From positions 7,316,001 to 7,380,000 of the forward strand of contig NC_134025.1 of the NCBI RefSeq assembly GCF_964204645.1: a DNA stretch of 64,000 nucleotides, written 5' to 3'. The notes beneath the pieces are model-generated. The model was given only the letters and a program-made list of their open reading frames with translations. It ran no database searches and was not told the DNA's origin. A program made the position numbers and the translations under genes. This DNA is from Tubulanus polymorphus. Its lineage: Eukaryota > Animalia > Nemertea. Positions 1 to 12,708 of this stretch are shown one piece after another (position 1 is the first letter of the stretch; each line of letters starts with the position of its first letter).

Positions 1-1618
1 CATGAATATGGTTTATGAATACAATTTGACGGGATGCACGTGAAAACAAAAATCTCAATGTAAATTTAGTGTACCGGTAGATGCAAATATTTTATGTCTT
101 GTGCACGGGCAACTGAAGAGAATAACTGTGCTCTCTCCTGGAAAACGGGATTAGTTTTAATGATTGATATCATGGACATGTTTAGTGTAAGTGCTATATA
201 GGGTTTCGGTGCAGAAAATGATGTAGTGATCGTTATTGATATTAACAACCGTGCCTCGAAAATAAAACATGTTTCTCTCTTTTGCCACTGGAAAATTATA
301 TCTTGTTTGGATTTTGAATTGAATCGGAAAACCTGAAGTTAGTGCAGCAAGGAATTTCCACCACGCAAGAAAAGATATTGTTTTTAGTTCTTTGTGTATT
401 GTATTGTGTATACCCTTTATAGAGTAGCCGACGCACCTTTCTGTATAAAATCCTGTAAAAACATTATGGTCTGGCTCTCATTGCACTGAGAAACGATGAC
501 TGACCTCTGATAGATCATTACATGTAGAATCCACAGATGGAAATTTCAAGTGATGAAATATAAGGGAACTTTAACACATCTATTGTCAATGATTCCATAA
601 CCTGGTAAAATGTACATGTATGCATTAGCTATTTCAATAAATTATTTGTTTTTCTAAGAAAGAGCTTCATATTCCTTGTTTTTTTTATTGAATTGGTCCA
701 GAAGCAATTTTTATCAGGTTATGGAAAATGAATCTGAAGATAAATACATTTCGTATCATAAGATCTTTGGTTAATTAATAATTCTTGTGAGACTAGGCTA
801 GAAATGCTGTCCCCAACAATGGAGGATGAAGGAAGTATAGTACCATTTGGTATTGACTAGCTACCCTTATATATCTTTACTACTTACTACATCGGTGCCG
901 AGTAAAGATTATTCAAAACTAAGAGTTAAAGATAATCGCCATCTCAAACAGGATTTGGTATGTGATATAATGAGGACTAGTAGAATGGTTGTTCCATCTT
1001 TCGACTGATCTTGTAGGAATCTGCTCTGTATATACAGGGAGGCAGGGTATACTCCCTGGTACCGTTTATATAACAGCATGATTCTTTTCGCTGTCTTAGT
1101 AAATGTAAATGGCAACTGTATTATGCTATTAACCTGTAATTAGATGAATAAAAAAAGCTCAATTTAAGTTTCTATTTTAGCAGTATTCATTCAAGATCGT
1201 TTTAGTCAGGTCTCTGAACCTTTATCATAGGTCCAAGTTAGCCAGACTTTGATAATAACGTATATTCTTGTAGTTTTCCCGTATAAAGTTAGTCATCATG
1301 TATAACCAAGCAAGTAAGGATTTCACTTGCGGCAAGATCAGCATCTATCAATACATCAAATCTATAATAACCAAAAGTAGAATATCAAGTAAACCACAGT
1401 CTACAGAGGTAGGTAATGCACATGATATCACAGCCAATCCAATCTTATTGGATGTAAAATGAACTATAGATGTGTGACATACGTGTATAACTGCTATCTG
1501 CTAATGTAAACTGAGCTTTTCAAAAATAACAAACTTACTACGTATGTATGTTAGAATTTATTGAAATAATAGCTTCTTACTCAGAACATGCTGAACCAGA
1601 ACATAAGAAACAAATATC

Positions 1619-1811
1619 CAGGGCTGCCAACCTCGGATCAGTAACAAATTGAAATTATTTCAGTAACATTTTGTTCAAATTAATTGGTAATCAAACAATG
1701 AGACGCTCAGTAACATCTTTTATATTTCTGTATGCATCAAAACAAATCCAATCAGCATTTCTCGTTAAAAATAGTAACAAATATTGAAAATCAGGAATAG
1801 TAGCAGCTCTG
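1619..1811. mobile_element. Non-autonomous hAT-like MITE with 6-bp target site duplication
   Basis: Starts CAGGGCTGCCAAC and ends GTAGCAGCTCTG (imperfect inverted repeat). Flanked by AATATC at 1613-1618 and 1812-1817. A paralogous empty site with a single AATATC lies at 3799-3804. Confidence 0.75.
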
Positions 1812-2183
1812 AATATCTAGAATATGAAATGAATCAAATCACTGAATCAGCGATGGTAATCAAATGAGTTTTTAACGCAATTGCAATTTGATGTCCATGT
1901 ATTCTTTGTTAGATCAGAAAAATTAGGTATAATTTCCTTCATATATCAATTAGTAACTGGTATGAACAGATTTTTGTAATATATGCGGGCAAAAACAATA
2001 TATTTGTAACACACAGTTCACGGATCAATTTCCAGCGGTCGATATTCTTAATATTCAACTGATATAAATCGAGTAACTCATTTTGGGTATATTTCAAGTG
2101 CAAATATGTTTTTATGATGTGAGGCCAAAGTGAGAATAACTTTTATTTTTGTATACATATAATATGTGACGATATTACCTAAA

Positions 2184-2433
2184 CACAAGGAGCCTATCGG
2201 CTTATATAGCTCCGCTGTGTGATTCGAAGAAATGGAAGCTGCATACCTAGGCGTGCCACTTTTGGCCAAATCCAAAAAGGGCTCTGTACTTTGTAGGTAT
2301 TGGTCCATAGAACATTCATACCAATTATGGACTTGATCTGATTAAAAACTTTAGGACTAATAGCAATTTGAAGGAATAGAATCTCCACCCTCAGGGGCGC
2401 CCGAACAACCCTTCAGTCACAGTGGAGCTAAAA
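2184..2433. mobile_element. Short Helentron-associated (HINE/DINE-1-like) element
   Basis: Begins with an ACAAGGAGCC-type end. Subterminal inverted repeats TAGCTCCGCTGTG (2207-2219) and CACAGTGGAGCTA (2418-2430) differ by one mismatch, and an A-run follows. A second HINE-like 3' end (GACACAGGGGTATAGCATAAGCCC...GAGCTA) lies at about 2800-2850. Confidence 0.55.
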
Positions 2434-3026
2434 ATCATAAGCAATGAATTCCATCTTTCATTACAAATTATATACAAAATTTCAAGATATTCACGCAATT
2501 AACTCCAACAACATGAAACAAATACATCTACCATTACAATTTATGGCATTCTTCTCTATTCTAAGCAATTATTCACATTTATTTTCCAAACATGCATTTC
2601 CTTTTTCACAGTACCGGGGTATTCATATTTTTTACAACATGCGAATACATCTGAGCCCGCTTGGTCAGATTCTAATTGAAGTCACAGTTGGTCATCTTGG
2701 ATAACATCATGACCTACTCAGGTCATGTGATAGGTCATGCCAGTTGACATGAAATATGATAAATATTTTGGTCATACAAAAAAATGCTTGACCACCACTA
2801 AGACACAGGGGTATAGCATAAGCCCGAATGGCCTTCAGCAAGCGAGCTACAAATATAAGTCCAAAGATATTTTTAAACAAACACTGTGTACATCACGGCA
2901 TTAACTCATACTTCGTAGTCAAATATTCATCCGAGAAGCATCTCTTCAGGGGTCAGGTACTTCCATTTAATAAATATGTATTTTGACTTTCTACAGGAGT
3001 TTCTGATCATCTAAGGATAGCAACTT

Positions 3027-3138
3027 CAGTGGCGTTGGAACTGCAGCGGCAAAAGCCACGGCAATAATTTACCAAACAACGTTTTTTTTTTATACTATGT
3101 TTTTGACAAATTGGAGTAATTTGCTTCCAACGCCCCTG
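3027..3138. mobile_element. hAT-like MITE with 5-bp target site duplication
   Basis: TIRs CAGTGGCGTTGGAA and TTCCAACGCCCCTG match at 13/14 positions. Flanked by AACTT at 3022-3026 and 3139-3143. Confidence 0.75.
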
Positions 3139-4607
3139 AACTTAACCCACGCAAGGGTTCAACAGATTTAAGCTCCCAACAAAAACAGTCCAATCTCAGT
3201 AGAACGTACTGGTTTTAACCTTTGTGTTGTAACATTGTGTTGTAACATCTTCATTTATAACACTGGATAAAGTACTGTTATACAGAGATTTGACTGTATC
3301 GAAATATTTCAAATTGTTGGTCAAAGGTTTGGAAGAAATACAAGATGTTTAAAAAGATGTGAATATTATAAGAATGTGATAGATGATTGAAAGCCAATGA
3401 GAAGACAGTTTAGGTAGATAGATAGATAGAACCTACAAGATATGGCCTGACCCAACTCCTAAAATACCATAGCATACAATACAATCATATCTCGATACAT
3501 CACCAACATGGGGGATTTGTGATGGTTTATTGGGGAATTGATAACACGAGTTCCTGAACCATTATGTCGAAGGTTAATAGTAACCTATTTACCAGTATCT
3601 GTTTCAAATGACCTCAGAGCACTGTTCTTCAGACTAACAACATAAGTAGTCAGTAAATATATGAAATAAATCACTCTTAAAGCAGAGATACAGGCGTTTT
3701 GGATTTTGAAAATTGTTGGTGATAAGCAAGGCTGGCGGTGTATCAAGACATGACTACAGCTTTTTACCCAGAAGATGCTTAATTAGAACATTAAAACAAA
3801 TATCTAGAATACAAAATGAACTAAATCACTGAATCAGCAATGGTAATCAAATGAAATTTTTAACGCAATTGCAATTCGATGACAAGTAATGAGTTGATTT
3901 TTCAATTTCTTTCACAGCACTCTGGGTAACGGTAGAATGCCACAATTCCTCACACATGTTACTGTAGTTAGTATGAATTAATGTAATCGATATACAATGC
4001 TAGAATGAAATATCATTTTCAGTCAATAGCAGCCAAAAAAGACAGCGATTTTCAAAGGAGCGTTAGGGTATTGAGCTATTAAGCTTAAAACCAGCTAGAA
4101 TTAAAGTCGCTAGAATTTACGTTAATGATTTGAATATTCATTGTGGAGAGAGTACATGAAAAATGTCTGTTTACAATTATAGTTCTTTTCCAGAAAATCA
4201 TACGCGATTATTCAAGGAAATCTGATGAAGATACTATGCTCTTAATATAATAATAGTAAGCTAAAGTAAGAATACATACATAGTATTTCATCAAGGTTTG
4301 AAATTCTTTGAGATTACAGAAGAAGGGTCACATAGTAAAAGCAACTTTTCTCCCGAAATCACAGAGGATTTCAAACCATGTCGAAATATCTTATGAATCC
4401 GTACTTCGAAGTTGTAAATTAAGGCTACACTGGAGTAAATACCAGTACGTGGCATGATGAAACAATTGAAAACATAAATGCATGAGTGTCTGTATTCAGA
4501 CAAAATCATTGAGTGGATTACACAAAAAAGACTAGCATTGCTTTCAGACCAACACATACCCATCTCCACAAATAAATATTGTTCATAAATCATCGAAACC
4601 ATGACTG

Positions 4608-7600
4608 CTAAGGAGGATCTAAACCCGTAATGTCTACTTTTATTTTAATGAACATGCAATCATTCTTGATGTATGTTTCACCTTTCTCCAAGATATCATG
4701 TGAAACAAACCGGGGGCAGCCAGATGCAATGTTCATTTCAGACGTCGGTCGTCTGAAACTCGAGCTTTCGCGGTCAGGCCGAAAAGCATCTTGCAAGTGA
4801 CGATTACGTCGCTCCTGATCAAGAATGATCAACGTAACTTTCTGTGTGAATGGCCACTGTAACAACTGATCATATTCGCCGCGCATGATAACAAAGAATA
4901 ATGACAGGTGCGTGCCTTTTCCCATGCCATCGCCGTTTAAATATACCCGAGCGCACATTTTATACCCGTGCCGACTGGTGTAAAATGGCTGTGAATAAAG
5001 AGATAAGCTCTTTCCATCTTTCGCTTCTTTCTTGCGACGTTTATAGTCCTTGATTTTCCACAGTAGAATACCATCATACGTAGCTGTCTCCAGAATCTGA
5101 TACTGCAAGTCCATTTCGCTTATTTGTAGATCATGCAGCCCAACCTGTCTCTCAAGTGCTTGAAAATGATTATTGAAGTTGTCTAAAAGAATGATATGAA
5201 AGATGCAATTGCAATGCCGAAAATGGTTAGATTAGTCAATCACAACTAAGTATTAGTGTTAAAAACATTGGATACATGATTGAGGATAATAGAACGAAAG
5301 AAGTAAAACAAACCTGGTAAATCAGACCGACTGTTGGATGCAGCATTACCACCACTACTTAGAGACATGAATTGACTTTGCATTTCCTGAACAGACCGTT
5401 GCACCATTAGCATGTTGCTATCCACAGAACTAACTTCTTGACGCATGTGTCTCACTCCTTCTTTCAATTCATTTATTTGACCCTCAGTTATATTCTTAAA
5501 CAGCAAGATCACAAATATTGTAATACTTCCACGTATATAAATAAAAAGATGCATAATGGTAATACTGCTTTGCACAATTTGGACAGCTGAGAAATAGGAA
5601 AGATATTTTGCATAATCAAATAGATTAATAGATGAAACCAAGTAATCTTCATTGCTTATCAATAAACTGGTATGGTAGGCCAATATTTGAAGTACATGTA
5701 GGCCTACATGCATTAGGTTTGTTGAAAAATTAATCACCTTTGAATCATTTATTTCTTCTACTTTGCTTTGACACTGAGTAGTAACCGCATTCAGCCTACT
5801 TAAATCATTTCTCATGATATCTTGATTATTCATCATATCCTATGTGAAGAGCAAGTTATTGGGATGGTGTATTTCAATAATGTTAAAATGGAAAACACTT
5901 TGAACTTCATTTCTTTACCTGGTGTAAGGTTTTCAGACGAGATATCACAAGTCTATTTTCACCAATAATGTTTGCCATGATCTCGATATGGTGGCTCGCA
6001 CCATCGTTTTCATGTTTTATCAATTCTTCCCTTGTACCCTTAAAAAAAATACCTCATTTATAGCAAATAAACGTTTACTAGCAAGCACAAATCTATGTTT
6101 ATTCTTTTTAGTGAAATATATATAATAATAAGAATAGTTGAATTAGATTTATATATTACATTTCTATGCAATAGGTTAAATCATGTTTTTGCCAGTAGAT
6201 GTGTAAATGAGTGAAAGTAATGATATCAGGTGAAAATCAATGTGCCAATATTGTGCAAAGATTTGAGTTGAAAAAAGGATAAAAATCAAAAGGTATTTAT
6301 TGAATTCAGCAGCATAGCTTAATAGCAGCATGAGTATATTTCGGTATATACAGCTGTCCTTGAAAAAAATATCTATGTCCTAAAAACTCTTAACATAAAA
6401 TACTTTTTGAGTTAATGAATCTACAGCTTCTACCTAAATTTAACCCAAGTTTAGCTTAATTCTTAGTGCAGAGGTTCTTCAACAAGATTCCAGATATACA
6501 TGCTGTTTTTCTGAGGAATGCAAGGATTAACAAACTGGACATTAGCTTTTACATTTACCAGAACAAAAAGCAAAAATGACCACAAACCAGATGGGAAAGG
6601 TCCATAAGATCTAGGTTAATCTTCTGAGAGTTTTGGTTTAAATCAGGATTGCCAATATCTGGAACATAGGTAATATAATGACCCCAACACACTACACAGA
6701 ACAATCATTCCAAAAACAGAATGATCATTCCAGAAACAGATAGCATCTGTTTTTGGAATGATCATTCTGTGTTAACACGGAAAAACAGATGTTAATCAGT
6801 AAAGGATAAAATACAAACTTTTTCTAGGTTTTCCTAAAAGCTGCGATCACACAGACGATTTTGCCTTGGTTAAACTGGCCCTGGCCGGACCCAAGTCAAA
6901 TTTTTCCCATATCAAATGAGAAATCACTCATTTGTTTGTGAAATGCTATCATAACAATGTTGTGGCGAGAAGTCACTTCTAGCTACCATTCACATGGAAT
7001 AATTTGACCTGTGCCATAATTTGGCATGGGCCTGGTCCAATGTTTTGGTCATGCCAAATCCAGTTCTTGTCGAACAGGTTAGACCCACTTGGCACCGAGG
7101 TGAACAGTTGGTCCAAACTTGGGCCCGGTCAAAAACTCTTGTGATCGTGGCGATAGACTGATTATTGAATGACTAAATCATTAACCATCAATCATTGTTG
7201 GGATAACCACCACAAAAAACGACAAACCATGGAACAATGAGGTTAGTTTCGACATATTTGTGGTGATGGAAACATTACCCAGTTCATGAAACCAAAATGT
7301 AGTGTTAAGTATCTGTTATTTAAGATATCTATGAAAGCACACAACATAATGCTTAAGAATCTTAATTAAAAACTAATTAGACATATGTATAACTGAACTA
7401 TACGTGGTTTGATCAAATAGGAAGCCTTTGCGCATATCTATAAGCCAGAATGCAATAGAAAATACAGTAATCAATATTGTTTTCATTCAACATGCTCGAG
7501 CTAATTTACGTCAAGGATTGGCAGGATTATCTTGGCATTCCAAATACATCAAATCAAAATATCATAAGTTAGTTGTGTGGTGTAAGTGCCTATTTTATCC

Positions 7601-10600
7601 AGACAAAATAAACACACCAATGCAAAGTTGGATTAGACATATAACCACTTCCAATACTGAACACCAGTGATGTACAATATATAAATATGCAGAAAGAACT
7701 ATTCCTCGGTAGCTAGTACACCTTGCACTTACCAAATATTCACAGCCAAAAGAGGCTAGTCTACAGCTTTCCTTTTTATTTGGACATACCTCCATATGTT
7801 CCTTTAACTGAAACATTCTATTATTTCATTACATATTATCCCAAGAACAACAAATTCTATAAACCATACTAAGTACAATAAAGTCATACATAAAAAGTGG
7901 TTGAAATCATTCGTACCTGGTCATTTTTATATGTTTTTGTCGAGCTACACCCAAATGGGCAAACTTTCATTTTCTCTGAACAGAGTTCTTCGATATGATG
8001 CTGAAATTGATTATCATTTAATACCACTAGTCATTATTAACAAACCTAAAAGTTCCATTGAAGTCCCAAGTGGACTGAAAATTCATTGCCGCATCTGCTA
8101 TGACACTCAACTTCAAAGCATCTGGCTAATCTTAAGACAAATGATTTATACCAACTAGGGGTCCAGGGACACCATGCCCACTTGGGAAATGGTTTCAAAT
8201 GCTCAACAATCTAACAATTTCAATATTCAACGCCCCCTGGTGACCATTTACAAAAACCAACGACCTTGAAACTCACCAAAATCATAGAACATGTCAGCAG
8301 CTACGATTTTGTAATTGATTGTGATAACAAAATATGCCTCGTTACCAATTTAATATGGAAATACTAAGTCATTCTACTATTCAACGCCCCCTGGTAACCA
8401 TATTCAAAACCCAATGACCTCGAAACTCACTACAATCATAGAACATGTCATGAACTACAACTTTGCAATTGATCATGGTAACAAAATATGCCTAGGTACC
8501 AATATAATAAGGATATACTAATTTATTCTACTATTCAACGCCCCCTGGTGACCATATAGAAAAACTAATGTCCTTAAAACTCACAACAATCATAGATGAT
8601 GTCATGAGCTACAACTTTCCAATTGATTGTGGTTACAAAATATGCATAGGTACGAATATAATAAAGAAATGCTAAGATATTGTATTATTCAACGCCCCTG
8701 GTGGCCATATACGAAATCCAATGACCTTGAAACTCACCACAATCATAGAACACGTTATTAGCTACAACTTTCTAATTGATTTTGGTAGCAAAATACGCTT
8801 AGGTATCAATATAATGTGGAAAAACTTTTTCCCACTTACGAATGAGTACTGGTGACACCAAGATGGCCGCCAATTGCGTCATAATTGGCTGATGAAAAAT
8901 ACCTGTCTGAGGTATAAAACATCCCTTTCCAAAGAATACCCATCACAAATTGCAATGAGAAATGGTAAACCAGTAGGAAGCTACAGGACTCAGAATTCGG
9001 GCAAAAATTAACATTTTTGGGCACTAAAAAGGTCATGGGACGGCCATCTTGAGTCCGACCGACCCAATTTTTGTTTCGTTGATGGGCCCTGGGGGGATTC
9101 ATATATATCCGAAAGATCAAGGTAATTGATCGAAGCGTCTTCAAAATTTCCCTCAAAAAGTTCAAAAATGTGTAAAAAGTGCTGATTTTGGCGAACAACA
9201 ATGGCTGCCAGTCAGCCATCTTGATTCTGACAGGGCCAGTTTTTGGGCTGAAGATGTGTCTAGGGTAGATACACGTGTAACCCAAATATCAAGACGTTAC
9301 CTTGAAGCGTCTTCAAAACTTCCCAAAATAACTGGATTCCGTCTACGGACGGACGACGGACGAAAAGTGAATGCAATAGCCCGTTGGGACTAAAGTCCCA
9401 AGTGGGCTAACAAGTCTACAATTAGGTTTTCTACAGCAGTTCCACGGTTGCATTAACAGCAAAATGGTTAAGCAGTCACAAAGAAGTGACAGTGGTCAAT
9501 GAATGATTTATGTCAGATATGCATGGCCTACTGTAGTAAATTTTTTGTACATCATCCAGTGTTCGTTCCTAAGACTGGTCATTATTTCAACAACATGTAA
9601 GCTTATCGAGTGTGTGTGAAAGAAATAAATGTAACAACATACAGCTAGGCTTATCGCCTTATATGCTTCATTGCAATGTGGACACACAACTTGGCGATAT
9701 AAACAGTCGTCTTCTGTATGCACATGTAAATCCTTTCTCAAGATGAGCTCATGGCAACCTTCCAACCTGTTCGGACACGGAACACGAGTGAATTTACACT
9801 TATCATTGTAGTGAGCCTGGAATGAGATCAAGATTTTAATATACTGATGGAACAGTTAGGGCAAATCTTTGAAGCATTTGACTCCATACAGAACTCCATC
9901 TCACAATTAACTAGTTAGCCTTTCTTAATGACTCCTATGGCGCTGAGAAGCAATTCATCCGTTTAATACATGGTTAGATATAGGCTAAAGTGGAAATAAT
10001 TCAGATCAAATTTTATGAGGACATTGATTTAAATCAGAATGGATTTATACAAAAGTAATTACTACATTATCAATAAATCCAAAGATGATCAACAATATCA
10101 TCTAAACCATGACCAATACCCTGGATCAATACTTACTATCTGTTCTTTCCAAGTCATCCGATCCTCGCATCCTTCTGCTTTATTTTTACAATAGACTTCA
10201 AACTTTAAGATGTCTTTACGAGCTGGGAAATCATCTGTGACCTAAAACAGAAACGATAACTTAATAGATAACCCTTGTTTTATACCATACGAGATCAGTG
10301 AAATAGGCAAGAGAACATCTAATGAAAGAACTCTGAAAAATATCATACATTAACAACTTCCATATAAATCGTTATATAAAACATTAGATTATCATCATTT
10401 CTAAAATCCAGCCTGCAATTCATCAGAACACCCGTTTATAACATATATAAGAGATAATGAAACAAATACTGGGGAAAACTGGCTAGTATTAATAGTGGGA
10501 AGTACCAACGTTGATTTCGAAATGGGGAAAACCCACTTTTACTATCAGTTTCCTTATTCAACTACACTGCAGTGCATCAATTTAATTACTTTTTCGGAGG

Positions 10601-11394
10601 TATTTATACCAATAGGCATAAAAGAACATTTATTACAAATGAGAAAACTCGCACTGCTAATTATTACATTCGGTATAGGCCCATTTCAACTCAATCGATC
10701 CCTTTATCATCACCGAAAGACTAAAGAGCATGTCATAGGTGTTCTATACAGCAAGTCTCTACAGCAATATGCCCTCCCTACATACGAATGACATCACAGG
10801 CAATGGTCCCGTGCAACTGTGACCCAAGCACTAGAACTAAATCAACAGGATAATTTATGCGATGCACCTTGCAGGGAGGTGCTCCTGGTGTATACTGAGT
10901 TTATTATTCGAGTTCTTGGTATGTAACACTCACATTTTTCTTCTTAAAGCTAAGATTCAAACAATCTTCTTCGGCATAAGGGCATGGTCGTGGATCTTCT
11001 TCGGATAGGAATTCATGCAGACATGACTTACAAAACCTGTGGCCACAGGGAGTCTGCATTGCCATTTGCAAGACCTGAAAACCAAACAATTTGGGAAGCA
11101 TTATACTGCAAGAATAATCAGAGGTGCAACTAATTCTCACAACTCAATTATTTTTCTTTTTTCATTCAAAATATGACTAGAACAAAAAGATTTCATCTAG
11201 TAATGATTAGACTTCTTTCAAACTTTGTCACAGATGTAAGCTTACAGCAGGTGAAATGGAAAAACTACCTTTCCACAGAGGAGACAAACATAGTGTTCAT
11301 CAACTTCTTTGGTAAACTCTGGATTCTGAAATTCAGGAGGGAAGGAATGCAGACTCGATGTAGGAGAATTACCAAATTCCTGGCGGTTGCTCAT
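4608..11394 (-). CDS. TRAF3: TNF receptor-associated factor 3-like (RING, five TRAF zinc fingers, coiled coil, MATH/TRAF-C domain), about 560 aa
   Basis: Phase-consistent GT-AG exons: 11269-11394, 10934-11074, 10137-10241, 9643-9816, 7917-8000, 7733-7807, 5919-6038, 5738-5839, 5314-5494, 4608-5182. RING reads CLLC...CGHRFCKSC. The C-terminus YKMCARVYLNGDGMGKGTHLSLFFVIMRGEYD...EMNIASGCP closely matches the TRAF3/TRAF5 MATH domain. Confidence 0.92.
6716..6770. repeat. Intronic inverted repeat preceded by a tandem partial copy
   Basis: ACAGAATGATCATTCCAGAAACAGAT-AGC-ATCTGTTTTTGGAATGATCATTCTGT; arms of about 26 bp with one mismatch. Confidence 0.7.
6840..7151. mobile_element. MITE (PIF/Harbinger-like ends), copy 1 of a family seen three times in the window
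   Basis: Ends GCTGCGATCACACAGACGATTTT and AAAACTCTTGTGATCGTGGC. Similar to 45070-45350 and, reversed, to about 31345-31418. Confidence 0.6.
8153..9410. mobile_element. Non-autonomous Helentron (HINE) with an internal 154-bp tandem repeat, inside a TRAF3 intron
   Basis: Subterminal inverted repeats GCCCACTTGGGA (8176-8187) and TCCCAAGTGGGC (9396-9407). Terminal hairpin TTGGGACT-AA-AGTCCCAA. GGAC microsatellite near 9347-9362. Four repeat units start TTCAACGCCCC at 8226, 8380, 8534 and 8688. Confidence 0.8.
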
Positions 11395-12389
11395 TCCTTA
11401 AAAAAGAAGAAGCGATATTGTAGATTAAACTGAAGCGTATTTCTTATAGACCAACTGCAATCTAGAAACATTCAATCTGTATGAAAATAAAGATGAATAA
11501 ATCTTGTAAAAATATTACGTACAGCTAAAAGTCTTAGAGCAGTACTTACCTCAAGGTACAAATATTGTCAGTACCGGTAGTCTCCATTAGGGCATACTAT
11601 GGATCAGTAAGATCACAATATCCGTGATGAAACAATAAGTCTATATATAAAAATACTAGAAATATTCCGGGTGGTTTGTACCACCTTTCTTCAGTCTAAA
11701 AAGTCCATTACTAGTCTGAACACCAGGATCTTGAGGGTTACCCCCAGAACAAACACACCAGCTAGATCCTATACTCCTGCTCCTATAAAGGCCTTCATAA
11801 GTGGATATGTTTTGCCAATACAGCATCATTATTCTAGTTAAGACTATTCTGCCAATGGCTAGCCCATCTGGTCTAATGGTTTAGCTAGGCCCAGGCCTAC
11901 CACATTTTAAAAGTTTTAGTGGGCGAATTGGTGTAGAAATAGCCAACCTTCTCCATTAATAAATCATTCCCAATATTCTTACCCTCTTCTAAAGCCTATC
12001 CGCCTTCCTTCTCGTCTCATTTTGTTGGGGATTTTTTCACATGACTAAGTAAGTCACATTTAAATTTTATTAGTCAGTAACCTTTCTTTCATAATAATCA
12101 ATCAGTGAGTTTTATCAGATTATGGTCATGGGTGAGTGATTCATGCGTGGTTTTCAGTGATATCTTCTAATGAGTTTCCTAAAATCGTTGGTCCTGGTAT
12201 TAAGCTTTTATCCTAAAACGGATGGGCTCTTTGAAAATATCCGATCGTAAAACTATTAATCATAGACTGGTAACTGACGACGGCTATCATGATGAATATT
12301 ATTAGATTGAATTGAATTGCCCAGTCGACCCCGCGTAGTATATAGTATAGTTCAGTTTCTATGACACGACGACACAGCAGATGACTCAC

Positions 12390-12600
12390 TTATTTTTCAT
12401 CACTTTACTAAGCATATCCTTTTTTGTCATATATCGCTGATTATCAATGCACATTCCTGAGGTACAGAGTCACATCAGCTTTCACGCAGCTAGGTGGAAT
12501 ACAGGGTGGGTAGATTTTAGGGGGCCTTCTTTCCCTCCTCAGCCATCTTGATTTGTTTGGGGTTTTCCCGCCGAGTGCGCATTACCATTATAATATTGGT
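12390..12600 (-). promoter_or_regulatory. Candidate TRAF3 first exon and promoter, probably bidirectional with VIPAS39
   Basis: Minus-strand donor GTGAGT at 12384-12389. YY1-like CAAGATGGC at 12542-12550, E2F-like TTTCCCGCC at 12564-12572, CCAAT box at 12595-12599. Locally GC-richer and between divergent genes. Confidence 0.5.
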
Positions 12601-12708
12601 GGGTTGATAATTTAATTGAGAGCTAATTAACTAGAAACGGGGCAATCATAGTTCAATCAATGACAATTATATTAAATATAGGCCTATCTGTACCAAAATG
12701 GCTTAACC

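Noticed and set aside
70-460. Possible terminal exons of a plus-strand gene (70-186 and about 424-459)
   Set aside because: Splice signals are plausible but the peptide is unrecognisable and the upstream context is outside the window.
8836-9285. 149-aa minus-strand ORF
   Set aside because: Lies wholly within the non-autonomous Helentron and has no recognisable motif.
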